A model generated the notes under the pieces. The model was not told where the DNA came from. It saw nothing but the letters and a program-made list of their open reading frames with translations, and ran no database searches. The position numbers were made by a program, and so were the translations under genes. Below, in pieces: positions 46,485 to 56,936 of a stretch of 64,000 bases of DNA. This DNA is from an uncultured Bacteroidales bacterium (GTDB lineage Bacteria > Bacteroidota > Bacteroidia > Bacteroidales > VadinHA17): NCBI GenBank assembly GCA_963732435.1, contig CAVSZL010000018.1, positions 24,143 through 88,142 on the forward strand, written 5' to 3'. The stretch's first letter is position 1; each line of letters starts with the position of its first letter.

Positions 46485-47387
46485 TTACGCTACTCTGAAT
46501 TCTGTTGGTGATACACCAGCTTTTTTTCTGAAGAATTTACTAAAGCTTTGAGGGTATTCAAACCCAAGTTCATATGCTACTTCACTTATGCTTTTGTCGG
46601 AACCAATCAGGATGTTTTTTGCTTTCTCCAATAAATAATAATGAATATGTTCCTGGGTACTTTTCCCTGTTTCGCTTTTAAGCAAATCACTGAAATAATT
46701 TGAAGAGAGGTTCATTGCTTCTGCACAATACTTAACTGTTGGAATACCCTTTTCTTTCAGTTTGTCAGAGTTAACATAATCCATCATAAATTCTTCAAAC
46801 CTCATTATGATGTCTTTATTATGATTGGTCCGGGTAATAAACTGACGGCCGTAGAAACGTCTGCAATAATTTAACAGAAGTTCAATATTTGATATTATGA
46901 GGTCGTGAGAATAATGATCTATATTGGTATTATATTCATTCTCCATTTGTTTTAAAAGGGAGAGTAGAATTTGTTCTTCCTGTTCAGAAAGATGAAGGGC
47001 TTCATTTTCGGCATATGAGAAAAAGGAATACTCATTAATTTTCTTTCCCAAAGGAGATTTTCGTATTAGTTCGGGATGAAAAAATAAACCCCATCCTTCG
47101 GTGCTCTTTGTTTCTTTTTTCCTGTTGAAAGTAAGAACCTGTTCAGGAGCAGTACACAGCAAGGTTCCTTCCTGATGGTCAAAAGCCTGCCGGCCATAAA
47201 TAAAATCGCAATTCTTTTTAAAATTAACTGAATAAAAACTGCATATAAAACTACCCGATTCGGGACCCTTATTTACATCTACTTTTGAAAAGTCAATAAC
47301 TGTAATCAATGGATGTTTAGGTTTTTCGAACCCTGCAATTGCGTGTAGTTGCGCGATTGTCTGAACTCTGTAAGCTATATCTTTCAT
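46485..47387 (-). CDS. AraC-family transcriptional regulator
   Basis: HPLITVID N-domain; LSSNYFSDLLK..TG...VAYELGFEYPQSFSKFFRKKAGVSP. Confidence 0.95.
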   Translation of the reverse strand: MKDIAYRVQTIAQLHAIAGFEKPKHPLITVIDFSKVDVNKGPESGSFICSFYSVNFKKNCDFIYGRQAFDHQEGTLLCTAPEQVLTFNRKKETKSTEGWGLFFHPELIRKSPLGKKINEYSFFSYAENEALHLSEQEEQILLSLLKQMENEYNTNIDHYSHDLIISNIELLLNYCRRFYGRQFITRTNHNKDIIMRFEEFMMDYVNSDKLKEKGIPTVKYCAEAMNLSSNYFSDLLKSETGKSTQEHIHYYLLEKAKNILIGSDKSISEVAYELGFEYPQSFSKFFRKKAGVSPTEFRVA

Positions 47388-47604
47388 AACTGTTCTGATG
47401 TTTCATAATACAAAGTAAGTCAACATTTATGAACTGATTATATCCGGATTACAGGTTGTTGTATCCAAATTACCTGATCATCAGATTTTTTAACCATAAT
47501 CAGGATATTGATGCAAGTTTTAAAAATAATTTTCAACCTCTGATAAGTTTATTTATAATTTCATTGCAAACAGATTCGGCTACACCAAAATCCCGTTAAT
47601 CAGG

Positions 47605-49083
47605 TTATTTTCCATTCAAATCAAATTTCCAGATACAATTGGCCCACGATTTGTCCGGTTCGTGGTATCTGAATGTTGCAGGGAAATCCGGAGCAACACA
47701 CATGGATGTTATAATCAACTTACCTTCTTTTAAAAAACTGACAGTTGGATCCATAATCCGTTGCTTTGAGCCCCCTCCGAAAGTTGAATATTCAATTGTC
47801 TTCAAACTATTGTCAAGTATTAGTACCACCAAATCCAATCCGGAATCAATTGACTGGTCCGGAGCATCTTTTGTCAAAGGAAAATCTTTGGATGCTGATG
47901 TTCCAACCAATACATATTGTTGCTTTTCGGTTTTTGCTACGTATCTTAACTGATCGGTTTTTGCACCTCCAATGAAAGTCGAATATACCGGCTTATTCGA
48001 TTTCAGATTAAATCTTGTAATAAAACCATCAGTATTACCCCCGATATACTTTTTACTTATTGCGTCTGAAGTGACCGGGAAATCGGGTGATTTTGTTTCA
48101 CCGGCGAGAATAATATTATCTGCATCTTCAAAAAAGATATAATTGACCACATCAGTTGAATCCCCTCCGAAATATGTGGAGTATTTAATCTCAGAGAGTT
48201 TTTGATTGAGGATTGTAAGAAAACCATCCTCTTTCCCCGACCTGGAATTTTGATAAGCATTTTTTGTTGTCGGGAAATTTTCAGAAATAGTCTGACCTGC
48301 GAGAATAAGTTCTCCTTTTGAGCCGAATGAAAATGACCTAATGAAGTCCATGGAATTTCCTCCCAGATAAGTAGAGTATAAAACCTTATCAAGATTTAAA
48401 GATAAAGATGTAATTGTTATGTCTCCTGTTATGTAACGGTTATTATAATCAGGTGGAGCAGAATTATCATATTCCTTTTGAATGACGTCTTTAGTAGTGG
48501 GATAATCCTGAGATTTGGTTTTACCAATTAAATAAAGGCTCTTTTTATTGACAGATAATCTTGTCCAGTGATCACCTCCTGAACCTCCCAGGTAGGTAGA
48601 TGAGATGTATTTGCAATCATTGGAGAACTTGATAATATAATGATCATTTTCACCCTTAATTGTTTTTTGGTAAGCATTATCAGAGACCGGCAAATCCTTT
48701 GAATCGGTTGTAAAGCCAACATACACATTACCAAAATCATCAAGGGCCATCTGTAAACAGTAGTATTCTGACCCTGATCCGCCAATATATGTTGAGTAAA
48801 TTAATTCTCCGCCTGGTGAAAGTTTCATTAAAAATGCATCACCTCCGGTAACATCATCAGGAGTATATCCTTTATAGCTTTTTTGGAAAGCATCTGCAGT
48901 AGTCTTTAATCCTTCTCTTGCACCACCGGCAACAAATATATTTCCATTTTTGTCCACTACAGATGGAGTAGAGGTGTGGGCTCCACCACTGGAAGCTAAA
49001 TAGCCTGAAAAATCTATTTTCCGGGCAAAAGTGCCTGTTATGATTCCCATAAAAAGCAAAGAGGTGATAATAATTGTTTTCAT
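47605..49083 (-). CDS. SBBP (beta-propeller) repeat exported protein
   Basis: Repeated YSTY(I/L/F)GG and G.T.S.DFP.T..A.Q motifs. Confidence 0.85.
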   Translation of the reverse strand: MKTIIITSLLFMGIITGTFARKIDFSGYLASSGGAHTSTPSVVDKNGNIFVAGGAREGLKTTADAFQKSYKGYTPDDVTGGDAFLMKLSPGGELIYSTYIGGSGSEYYCLQMALDDFGNVYVGFTTDSKDLPVSDNAYQKTIKGENDHYIIKFSNDCKYISSTYLGGSGGDHWTRLSVNKKSLYLIGKTKSQDYPTTKDVIQKEYDNSAPPDYNNRYITGDITITSLSLNLDKVLYSTYLGGNSMDFIRSFSFGSKGELILAGQTISENFPTTKNAYQNSRSGKEDGFLTILNQKLSEIKYSTYFGGDSTDVVNYIFFEDADNIILAGETKSPDFPVTSDAISKKYIGGNTDGFITRFNLKSNKPVYSTFIGGAKTDQLRYVAKTEKQQYVLVGTSASKDFPLTKDAPDQSIDSGLDLVVLILDNSLKTIEYSTFGGGSKQRIMDPTVSFLKEGKLIITSMCVAPDFPATFRYHEPDKSWANCIWKFDLNGK

Positions 49084-49203
49084 AATAAATAAAAATGATT
49101 AAAAATAACAAAGTAAGTAATGCAACATGTTCAGCAAAAGTAAAATATGATAAGTGGTCAGATCCATTGATAAGTGGTTTTGTTGCTATTGAAAAGGGGG
49201 ATT

Positions 49204-50121
49204 TTATATCCTTATAGAATGCTGAAGTTTCTCAGCGATCCGGATAGTTTTTTCGTTCCTGCATAGCTCAAGGCTGGTTTTCCATAGCCTCTCCTGCATA
49301 TCATGGTCAAAAACGATTTTGTCTTCGACTAGTTCAATAAAACCATTCCTTTTCCATGTGATAAACTTCCCTGACCTCTTCATACTTTCCTCCTGGTTTT
49401 CAGTGAATAAAGGAGCCATTATCTTCCCGCATTCCTCTATTGAAATAAATGTGCCAAAAAACTTCATTATGGATGCCATCGTTTTCATTGAAACCGGAAT
49501 AATATTAACCTGATTGCTCCACACGGTTTTGGATATTTCGAATCCGATAAAGGATACTTTAGATCCCTGCGATCCTCTGTACAGATCATTTAACTTAACA
49601 AGGAACATTCTCTTGGCAAGCATTGCCTGATGGATCCCCTTTTCGAAACTCCAGTTTCTTTTCATCTGGATGTCGTCCCAGAATATTTTGCCCCCCCGGG
49701 TGACATTGAATATTACTCTTCCTGCAGTCTCCGAGTTTTCAAGAAGGTTCAATAAATTTAAAGTCAGCATAAATTGAGACAAATAATTTACCTGAAAATG
49801 TGGATCCATTCCATCTTCAGTTTCTACTCGTTTTGCAGCATAACCCAAGCCTGCATTTATAAATATACAATCCAGAAACTTATGTTTATTTTGAATTTCG
49901 CTGATTGCAGCCCTTACATCAGAAAGTTTAGCCAGGTCGCATAAGATTACTGATATCTTTTTATTTGTTGTGGCACTTTCAAATTCCCTGATTGTTGCCT
50001 CACCAAGTTCTTTAGATCTGCACAGCAAAATAACTTCATGAATCTGGTTGTCAATTCCAGCCAAAACTTTGGCGACTCCTTTTCCCATTCCGTTAGTGCC
50101 ACCAGTTATTAGTATTTTCAT
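49204..50121 (-). CDS. Short-chain dehydrogenase/reductase (retinol-dehydrogenase-like, atypical active site)
   Basis: ITGGTNGMG, CDLAKL, INAG, FQVNYLSQF; the usual YxxxK position reads HQAMLAK. Confidence 0.85.
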   Translation of the reverse strand: MKILITGGTNGMGKGVAKVLAGIDNQIHEVILLCRSKELGEATIREFESATTNKKISVILCDLAKLSDVRAAISEIQNKHKFLDCIFINAGLGYAAKRVETEDGMDPHFQVNYLSQFMLTLNLLNLLENSETAGRVIFNVTRGGKIFWDDIQMKRNWSFEKGIHQAMLAKRMFLVKLNDLYRGSQGSKVSFIGFEISKTVWSNQVNIIPVSMKTMASIMKFFGTFISIEECGKIMAPLFTENQEESMKRSGKFITWKRNGFIELVEDKIVFDHDMQERLWKTSLELCRNEKTIRIAEKLQHSIRI

Positions 50122-50144
50122 AGCTTTTCCTCCCGCATTACCTG

Positions 50145-50789
50145 TTAAAAATTGATCCCTATATACAAGTTTGGTTCAAAGAGAAGGTAGTTATTCCAGT
50201 TGCTTTCCATCTCTTCAAAACCCTGGGGGCCTTCACTGTCAACGGGCCAGTAATTGCAATGAAATTGCGGTTCAATATATAATCTGTTTTTAAACAGGGG
50301 AATATGATAACCAAGATGATAGGAGGTATATAATTTGAAACCATTATCTATTTCTTCATCGTTCTCATCAAGGTATGTCTTCTTTAATGGCAATAGCTCA
50401 ACGGCGACAAACAAGCCTTTCCATAGCAGGCGTTGATAAGTAACTCCAATTCCACTTTCTTTGATTCTGCCGGGATAGAAATTATTCTCATCGAACTTTA
50501 GCTGCTCCTGCATTGGCATACCCATTGGAGCGAATAGTTTCCATGTAGCCACTTTGAGTCCGAATTTGTCTTTGGGTGTAAGTTTATATCCAAAATGGAA
50601 CTCGTAATGGTGTGTATTTGTTTCCTCTGGACCAAAATTCATAAACATCAGATAAGTGGTGCCTGCTGAAAATTTGTAATAAGGAGTAGCCTTCCGGGCA
50701 AGCCCATTCCTGGTTTTCGAATCGTTCTGGCAGAATGCCATTGAAGCAATAGTGCCAAAGATTAATGCGGTTGAAATCATCCTTTTCAT
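50145..50789 (-). CDS. Hypothetical outer-membrane beta-barrel protein (paralog B)
   Basis: Signal peptide, amphipathic strands, C-terminal YIGINF; similar to 51196-51786. Confidence 0.75.
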   Translation of the reverse strand: MKRMISTALIFGTIASMAFCQNDSKTRNGLARKATPYYKFSAGTTYLMFMNFGPEETNTHHYEFHFGYKLTPKDKFGLKVATWKLFAPMGMPMQEQLKFDENNFYPGRIKESGIGVTYQRLLWKGLFVAVELLPLKKTYLDENDEEIDNGFKLYTSYHLGYHIPLFKNRLYIEPQFHCNYWPVDSEGPQGFEEMESNWNNYLLFEPNLYIGINF

Positions 50790-50804
50790 TTTTTTTGTTT
50801 TTAG

Positions 50805-51032
50805 TTATTTAATGCACTTTTTATTTTCATCGTTATCAGCAGGATTTATGGAGATCAGCTTAAGGTTTAAATCCCTGATTATATTTAATATCCCGTGTAA
50901 CTGAGCCTCATCCTTAATCTGCCCCGTCAGTATGGTATTATTTCCTTCGTAACTGATATTCATACCCTCAAAACTGTTTTTCCAGTTTTTATCAAGCTGC
51001 CCCTGAATTGATATTTTAATTCTTCCTTTCAT
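50805..51032 (-). CDS. Small conserved ACT-like protein, copy 3
   Basis: IQGQLDKNW...FEGMNISYEGNNTILTG..KDE..LHGILNIIRDLNLKLISIN; start moved to MKGRIK. Confidence 0.85.
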   Translation of the reverse strand: MKGRIKISIQGQLDKNWKNSFEGMNISYEGNNTILTGQIKDEAQLHGILNIIRDLNLKLISINPADNDENKKCIK

Positions 51033-51084
51033 ATAATTATTTGTTTTGTTCTCAGCAAAGGTCGGGTACTCTCGACCGGTAAAA

Positions 51085-51118
51085 ATCACCCCCAGGGGTG
51101 ATATTGAGGGTGATTTTT
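51085..51118. promoter_or_regulatory. Candidate MalT-like operator, copy 3
   Basis: ATCACCC-CCAG-GGGTGAT-ATTGA-GGGTGATTTT upstream of the small gene. Confidence 0.7.
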
Positions 51119-51195
51119 ATTACAGAGATTTTTTGAATTGTATTTCGGCATACCCCTTTTTAAGTTGCAATTGCAGATAATGAATCAAAGCGGGA

Positions 51196-51786
51196 TCAGA
51201 ATCTGAATCCAAAATTCAGTGCCGGTTCAAATTTATATTCAGGTGCTCCGCTTTCAATTTCTGCAAAGGCTTCAGGAAAGTTTGTATTTACAGGCCAGTA
51301 TTTAAGAGCAATAGCAGGTTCGACAAAAATCCTTTTATTAAAAAATTCAAAGCGGTAACCTGCTATAAATTGAAGATACAACTGGAATCCATTCTGTATT
51401 TTTGTGCCATTGGGATCATAGAATTGCTGAAGAAAAAAGGTTGGCTCGAAGGTTGCATATGCGTTCTTCCAAAGGAACCTCTGATAGCCCAATCCAATTC
51501 CGTAGGCAGTTACTTTACCCGGATAAAATTCTTCAGAGGATCCATATGTGCCTACTGGTTCATAGTATGTCCAGGTTATAGCTTCGGCAATAAGATTATC
51601 CTTTGGGGTTAACCGGTAACCGTAGTTTAATTGAAAGAAGTTGACCGAATCTCCGATATTACCAAGCAGGAAAAGTGAACTTCCGACTGAATGTCGGTTG
51701 AAATCAGCTTCTTTATTTGCAGTTTGACATAATGCTATTGTTGAAAATAGCACAATCATTAATGTTGTTGAGATAAAATTTTTCAT
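51196..51786 (-). CDS. Hypothetical outer-membrane beta-barrel protein (paralog A)
   Basis: MKNFISTTLMIVLFSTIALCQ leader; GYRLTPKD, G.GYQRFLWK, C-terminal NFGFRF; start moved from 51849. Confidence 0.75.
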   Translation of the reverse strand: MKNFISTTLMIVLFSTIALCQTANKEADFNRHSVGSSLFLLGNIGDSVNFFQLNYGYRLTPKDNLIAEAITWTYYEPVGTYGSSEEFYPGKVTAYGIGLGYQRFLWKNAYATFEPTFFLQQFYDPNGTKIQNGFQLYLQFIAGYRFEFFNKRIFVEPAIALKYWPVNTNFPEAFAEIESGAPEYKFEPALNFGFRF

Positions 51787-51875
51787 TTTTGGTGCTTTAT
51801 TAGTCAGTTTATTAATCCTTTCTGTTTTCTTTTGGTTTTCTTTCAGCAAAGATCAGGTACAACCAAAAAAGAAAA

Positions 51876-51909
51876 ATCACCCATGCGGGTGATTTACAGG
51901 GTGATTTTT
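51876..51909. promoter_or_regulatory. Candidate MalT-like operator, copy 2
   Basis: ATCACCC-ATGC-GGGTGAT-TTACA-GGGTGATTTT immediately after the regulator stop. Confidence 0.7.
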
Positions 51910-51927
51910 ATGATTGCTTTGCTGGTT

Positions 51928-54612
51928 TCAGATCAAACTGAGCTCTTTAGCTTTCTTCACAGCCATAATGCGGTTCTCAACACCAAGCTTCAGATAAATA
52001 CTCTTCAGGTGAGTTTTAACGGTATTCTGGGAAATAAATAATTTTTCGGCAATTTCCAGATTCGACAGATCAAGGGCAATAAGTTTTAAAGTATCAAGCT
52101 CACGGGAACTTATTATTGTTTCAAAATTTGTCTTTCTCAGGCAGTTTTTGCTTTCCAGAGCCTGTTTCAGGTTTTCTATGAACTTCCCGGAGATATTGGT
52201 TTTAGTTGTAGCATGTATTTTAAATACATCTTCTAATAAATCGTTGATATTGACATAGCTGAATACAAAGAAACCTAGTAAATTCTCAGCAGAAGCAATT
52301 TCCATGGCTTCAATTAAATTTTGAATTGCATTTTTACGATCGCTTCTCCTGATAAAGTAATCAGCAGACAGTAATTTTAGCTCAATCATTCTTTCAATCC
52401 TTTTTCCTTCACTTACCGAGGTATAAAGCTCCATAATTAAAGCTTCAGCCTCATCCAGTTTTCCCTGTGCAAGTAATAGTTTAGCATATGAAACAAAGTA
52501 CGTTTCATAAATATGCGTTTTCTTATTTTCTAACCCTATTCCATGATCCGAAAAAAGTTGGCTTGCCTCCTCAATTTTGTTATGATCTAAAAAGTATTGT
52601 GTTTTCACTGATATATACAATGAAACTAAAAATGGAGGAACTTTGTTTTGTCTTATTAATTCATCCAATTCAAACCTTCTCTTTTCTGCCTCAATATCTC
52701 CGCGCTGGTCGAGCAGAGATGCGTAAATCATTAATGCCATTGTCTTTATATAGACATCATTACCACATTTGGTTAGATTATAAGCAATCTGAATATTATT
52801 AAAAGCCTTATCCATTTGTACCCACATCGATTCTGTTATCCCCAGAATAAGGTAAAGTGCAGCAAACGTCCATTCGGTTTCAGCTAGCTTACCATATCCC
52901 CTGTTTTTAATATAGGCCTGGAGTTCGGTACATTTTTTATACGCCAGCTTATAATGCCCCAACTGTTGTTCGTTTTCAGCCATTCGAATAATAATAGTTG
53001 AGATAAGATAAATATTACCTGATTTTTTGGCATAATCAAGTGCATTACTGAATGCTTTGCTACCCATCTGTAATTCGCCAGCAGAAAAATATGACACACC
53101 GTATGAAAACCATGCCCAGCTATTCCAGAATGGATCATCCTCTGATATGTTTTCCATGGCTGTTTCGCAATATTTTAATGTCTGCTCAGATTTTCCTTCA
53201 CTGGAATGCATATAAGCAAAGGCAACGCAAATTTTCCCGAGTAGTTTTTTGTGGTAGTGGATATCTTCCTTAGAAAAACTTTTATTCTGAATAATATTTT
53301 TTATCCTGAGTTCAGCACTTATCAAAAAAGGTTCTGCTTTCTGAATCTGACCATTTGAAATCAATATCCATGCATAGTATAAACAGAATTCCGGATTCGT
53401 TTTAATCAGCTCATCGGGCAGCATATCACCATATTTCAAAATGGCAGAATGCATTCCTTTTTGCCACATATCGCCGGCTACCTTACCCAGTAGCTGAATG
53501 CATTTATCATAATTCTGAATTGCCAGTGCATGCTCAATTGCAAATTCATTCATATTGTTTATCTCGAACCAGTCGCTGGCTTTATTATGAAGGTTATTTG
53601 TTGCATCCCGTCCCCGATATTGAAGTTTTTGTTTTAATACCTGTGCAAACAGATGATGATATCGGTACCAGGTCCTTTCATTATCCAAAGGAATAACAAA
53701 CATGTTATTTTTTTCAAGTGATTCAATAATCTGCTGACTGTCATTTCTGTTAAAAACAGCATCACATAAAGGAGCTGACATTTGTTCCAGTAAAGATGTT
53801 TGAAGCAGAAATTCTTTTACGTCATCGGTTTGAATCTTTAATACTTCCTCCACAAGATAATCCATTATATAGCGGTTATCTCCCTTTAAATCCTGAATGA
53901 ATTTGGAAATATCTTCACGGCCCTGCATAGAAAGAGCTGTTATTTGCAATCCTGCAATCCACCCTTCTGTTTTAGTTTCAAGAGAATAAACATCATCAAT
54001 TGATAAGCCTATTTTTAACCTTTTATTAAACAATATTGAAATATCATTTGCCGAAAAACTAAGATCTGAAGAGCGTAACTCGACCACCTGGTGTTGACTT
54101 CTTAATCGTGAAATTGACAGAGCCGGATCTGATCGTGTAATTATTATTATATGGATATTGTCAGGAATACGATCTATTAAATATGTAACCAGTTTAAGGA
54201 TTTCGCTATTCCCGATTAAATGAAAATCGTCGAGAACCAAAAAGAAGTGTTGGTTGAGACTTATTAATTCGTTGATCAGTAAGCCCGCAATAGATTCGAC
54301 AGACGGTGAATTGGGTGAATTTATCAGATGAAGGGCATTCTGCCCGTATTCGCGGTGAATAGTCTGAATTCCTGCAATTATATAGCTTAAAAAGACCGCC
54401 GGGTCGTTATCGCCATTGTCAAGTGAAAGCCATGCAGCAGGAATTTTGTTTAGCCTTATCCAATCGCTTATTAACGTTGTTTTACCGTACCCGGCAGGTG
54501 CTGAAACAAGAATTAATTTCCGGCTCAGACCTGTGTTTAATTTTTCACACAGATCAGGCCGGGAAACAGTATTCTTTCCGGTCGCAGGAATATGAAGTTT
54601 CGTTAAAAGCAT
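51928..54612 (-). CDS. MalT-like STAND ATPase / TPR / LuxR-HTH regulator, copy 2
   Basis: LLTKLHIP, SAPAGYGKTT (Walker A), LVLDDFH (Walker B), TEGWIAGLQ, WYRYHHLF, C-terminal SSRELDTL...NLEIAEKLFISQNTVKTH. Confidence 0.93.
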   Translation of the reverse strand: MLLTKLHIPATGKNTVSRPDLCEKLNTGLSRKLILVSAPAGYGKTTLISDWIRLNKIPAAWLSLDNGDNDPAVFLSYIIAGIQTIHREYGQNALHLINSPNSPSVESIAGLLINELISLNQHFFLVLDDFHLIGNSEILKLVTYLIDRIPDNIHIIIITRSDPALSISRLRSQHQVVELRSSDLSFSANDISILFNKRLKIGLSIDDVYSLETKTEGWIAGLQITALSMQGREDISKFIQDLKGDNRYIMDYLVEEVLKIQTDDVKEFLLQTSLLEQMSAPLCDAVFNRNDSQQIIESLEKNNMFVIPLDNERTWYRYHHLFAQVLKQKLQYRGRDATNNLHNKASDWFEINNMNEFAIEHALAIQNYDKCIQLLGKVAGDMWQKGMHSAILKYGDMLPDELIKTNPEFCLYYAWILISNGQIQKAEPFLISAELRIKNIIQNKSFSKEDIHYHKKLLGKICVAFAYMHSSEGKSEQTLKYCETAMENISEDDPFWNSWAWFSYGVSYFSAGELQMGSKAFSNALDYAKKSGNIYLISTIIIRMAENEQQLGHYKLAYKKCTELQAYIKNRGYGKLAETEWTFAALYLILGITESMWVQMDKAFNNIQIAYNLTKCGNDVYIKTMALMIYASLLDQRGDIEAEKRRFELDELIRQNKVPPFLVSLYISVKTQYFLDHNKIEEASQLFSDHGIGLENKKTHIYETYFVSYAKLLLAQGKLDEAEALIMELYTSVSEGKRIERMIELKLLSADYFIRRSDRKNAIQNLIEAMEIASAENLLGFFVFSYVNINDLLEDVFKIHATTKTNISGKFIENLKQALESKNCLRKTNFETIISSRELDTLKLIALDLSNLEIAEKLFISQNTVKTHLKSIYLKLGVENRIMAVKKAKELSLI

Positions 54613-54817
54613 GCGTGAAATTAAGAAATATTTTGATTGTGGAAATATTTTTTTCTTATGAAAATCAGCAGCTTGGAGATAAATTCATGAGATTTGCCGG
54701 CAGGCCGGACTCCATTTCCCTGAGTAGTTGTTTTGCAAAATTTACTCAAAAAGAAAACGATGCAGTTTATTCAATCAATGAAGTATATATTAAGCTGTCG
54801 CATAAAATGATAAGTGG

Positions 54818-55624
54818 TTATGACTTTCTTACACGAAGCAGGTTGATTAAGATTCCTGTTAAGAATGTCAATATTGACCAGATCCAAAAACGTGGCTGAG
54901 ATACATTCTCTTGCAGAACTAATGTTGGTAATAGGGGAATAAAAGCATTTGCAAGTCCATGGGCATAAAGTCCTGAGAATGGTCTGTTGCCTGAGATTTT
55001 CCTGATCCATGAAAGAATGAAGGAATAACCGACTATAAGGAGAACAAAACCTCCGAAATTCATATAGGTCTGACTTGAACCTGTAATAAACCATAAAGGC
55101 AGATGCCAGAAAGCATGTATGATCCCTAAAATAATGTTTGCATACCAAATTCCGAACTTACTTTCAAGAATAGGAAGAGCATAGCCCCTCCAGCCAAATT
55201 CTTCCTGTCCTCCGCCAAGAAGAATCATAATGAATAAATAAGGAATAAATAACCACACCGAAGGCAGTAACATTGGCAATCGTTCTTCCCCGAATAATTC
55301 AGGAAGAAACCATGCAATAAATGTACTACCTCCGAATATAAATATCGGAAGAAGGTAAGCTTTCCATCCTAAACGAAAATCAAGAAAACTCCGCAGATAC
55401 TTTCTTGCAGAACCCTTGCCATTTTCCTTATTTAGAGCAAAGAGTGCACCTGCAAGCGGACCAAAGACACCTATCATAATTCCGGGTATTGTCAGGATTG
55501 ATAATAATTTATCTGAAACAGGAATGATCCTGTAGCTTGCAAGGATAATCGGAGTCCAGATTATCCACGACCAAACAAAGGTCATTATAAAGAACCGGAA
55601 AGGGAAGCGAACATTACTTTTCAT
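54818..55624 (-). CDS. CPBP (CAAX/Abi) family intramembrane metalloprotease
   Basis: GGQEEFGWRGY, FWHLPL, LYAHGLAN. Confidence 0.92.
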   Translation of the reverse strand: MKSNVRFPFRFFIMTFVWSWIIWTPIILASYRIIPVSDKLLSILTIPGIMIGVFGPLAGALFALNKENGKGSARKYLRSFLDFRLGWKAYLLPIFIFGGSTFIAWFLPELFGEERLPMLLPSVWLFIPYLFIMILLGGGQEEFGWRGYALPILESKFGIWYANIILGIIHAFWHLPLWFITGSSQTYMNFGGFVLLIVGYSFILSWIRKISGNRPFSGLYAHGLANAFIPLLPTLVLQENVSQPRFWIWSILTFLTGILINLLRVRKS

Positions 55625-55662
55625 AATCAGGGTATAATTTTGTATTATGATGTGATGTCATA

Positions 55663-56622
55663 CTATTTAGTACTATGACTTACAGTTATTGCCACACCAC
55701 CTTTTTTGTGGCCTCTGCCCACATAGGAATGTGCTTCCACAATTTGTTCCAGTGGAAATATTCTGTCGATGACTGGCTTAATATGTCCTGTTTCAACCAA
55801 CTCTTTGAGTGATGAAAGTCGATTTGAGTCTAACATAAGGTTTCCATCATCGATTGATACATATTTCCCTCCCGCAGCAAGTGCTTTTTTGCAGGCATCT
55901 TTTAATTTTGAAGATTTACTTTTACCAACCGCATCAAGAATAAAATCGTATTTCACTCCCTGGCTAAGCGTATCCTCTTTGGTGTAATCAATTACTTTAT
56001 CAGCCCCCAGTGATTTCACCAATTCTAAATTTGCTGTACTGCAGACAGCAGTTACTTTCGCCCCCAGGTACCTGGCATATTGGATTGCTGTTGTTCCTGT
56101 TGTTCCGGAAGCTCCATAAATAAGCACTTCCTGTCCGGGCCTGATATTTCCCTTTTCCATATATTGAAATGCCAGAAGGCCTCCATAGGCTGCCACAGTT
56201 GCTTCTTCAAAGGATATGTTATCTGGCTTAATAGCCAAACACCCATTCGTAGAATCTGTCTCTTTCATGCATTTGTACTCAGCATAAGCGCCAAGTCCAA
56301 ATCCGGTAAGCCCATAAACCTTATCCCCTGGTTTAAATCTCTTTATATTTTTACCTGTTGACTCAATTTCTCCAGCCAGCACTAATCCGATTATTGACTT
56401 TCTTGGTTTTGTCAATCCTATCGCCAGTCGCATCAGGATCCAATATTTAATGGGTATTTGTGAACCCCGGATGAAGATGTCGCTGGCTGTAACAGCTGTT
56501 GCAAATATTTTTATAAGTACCTCATCATCTTTGGGAGAAGGTTTCGCTACTTCCTTTAGTTTAAGAACCTCAGGCGGACCATATCTTGTGCATACAATGG
56601 CTTTCATTCTGTCAGAGTTCAT
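55663..56622 (-). CDS. NAD(P)-dependent MDR oxidoreductase (alcohol-dehydrogenase-like)
   Basis: MKAIVCTRYGPPEVL, GAYAEY, IYGASGTTG, VIDYTKED, PVIDRIFPL; paralog of 45381-46350. Confidence 0.92.
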   Translation of the reverse strand: MNSDRMKAIVCTRYGPPEVLKLKEVAKPSPKDDEVLIKIFATAVTASDIFIRGSQIPIKYWILMRLAIGLTKPRKSIIGLVLAGEIESTGKNIKRFKPGDKVYGLTGFGLGAYAEYKCMKETDSTNGCLAIKPDNISFEEATVAAYGGLLAFQYMEKGNIRPGQEVLIYGASGTTGTTAIQYARYLGAKVTAVCSTANLELVKSLGADKVIDYTKEDTLSQGVKYDFILDAVGKSKSSKLKDACKKALAAGGKYVSIDDGNLMLDSNRLSSLKELVETGHIKPVIDRIFPLEQIVEAHSYVGRGHKKGGVAITVSHSTK

Positions 56623-56936
56623 TTTTTAAGCTTTAGATTTGAAAAAATTCTCGATACAGTATTAGATCTTTCCTCCGGATTTATCGAAATAAGTATCAGG
56701 TTATAATCCCTTATGATATTTAAAACTTTATGCATATGTGATTCATCCTTAAGTGTTCCTGTAAAAATTGTATTGTTTCCTTCATAGCTTATCTCCATAC
56801 CCTCAAAGCATTCCTGCCATTTGCCATTCAGATGCCCCTGAATTTTTATTATAGTCATGCCCCGTAATTTTAATTTTCGTTTCATTATTGCCAGGGTTGA
56901 AACTATTCCAATAACTATCCACATGGTCTCAGACAT
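56619..56936 (-). CDS. Small conserved ACT-like protein, copy 2
   Basis: IQGHLNGKW...FEGMEISYEGNNTIFTG..KDE..MHKVLNIIRDYNLILISIN; stop overlaps the downstream ATG (ATGA); start uncertain. Confidence 0.8.
   Translation of the reverse strand: MSETMWIVIGIVSTLAIMKRKLKLRGMTIIKIQGHLNGKWQECFEGMEISYEGNNTIFTGTLKDESHMHKVLNIIRDYNLILISINPEERSNTVSRIFSNLKLKK

Noticed and set aside
46380-47610. Possible attC-like ends in the minus-strand block (~46390-46470, ~47560-47605)
   Set aside because: Only isolated GTTG/TAAC-like words with weak pairing; not enough to extend the cassette array into this block.
54423-55148. Plus-strand ORFs 54423-54899 and 54771-55148
   Set aside because: They overlap the MalT-like and CPBP genes on the opposite strand and show no recognisable features.
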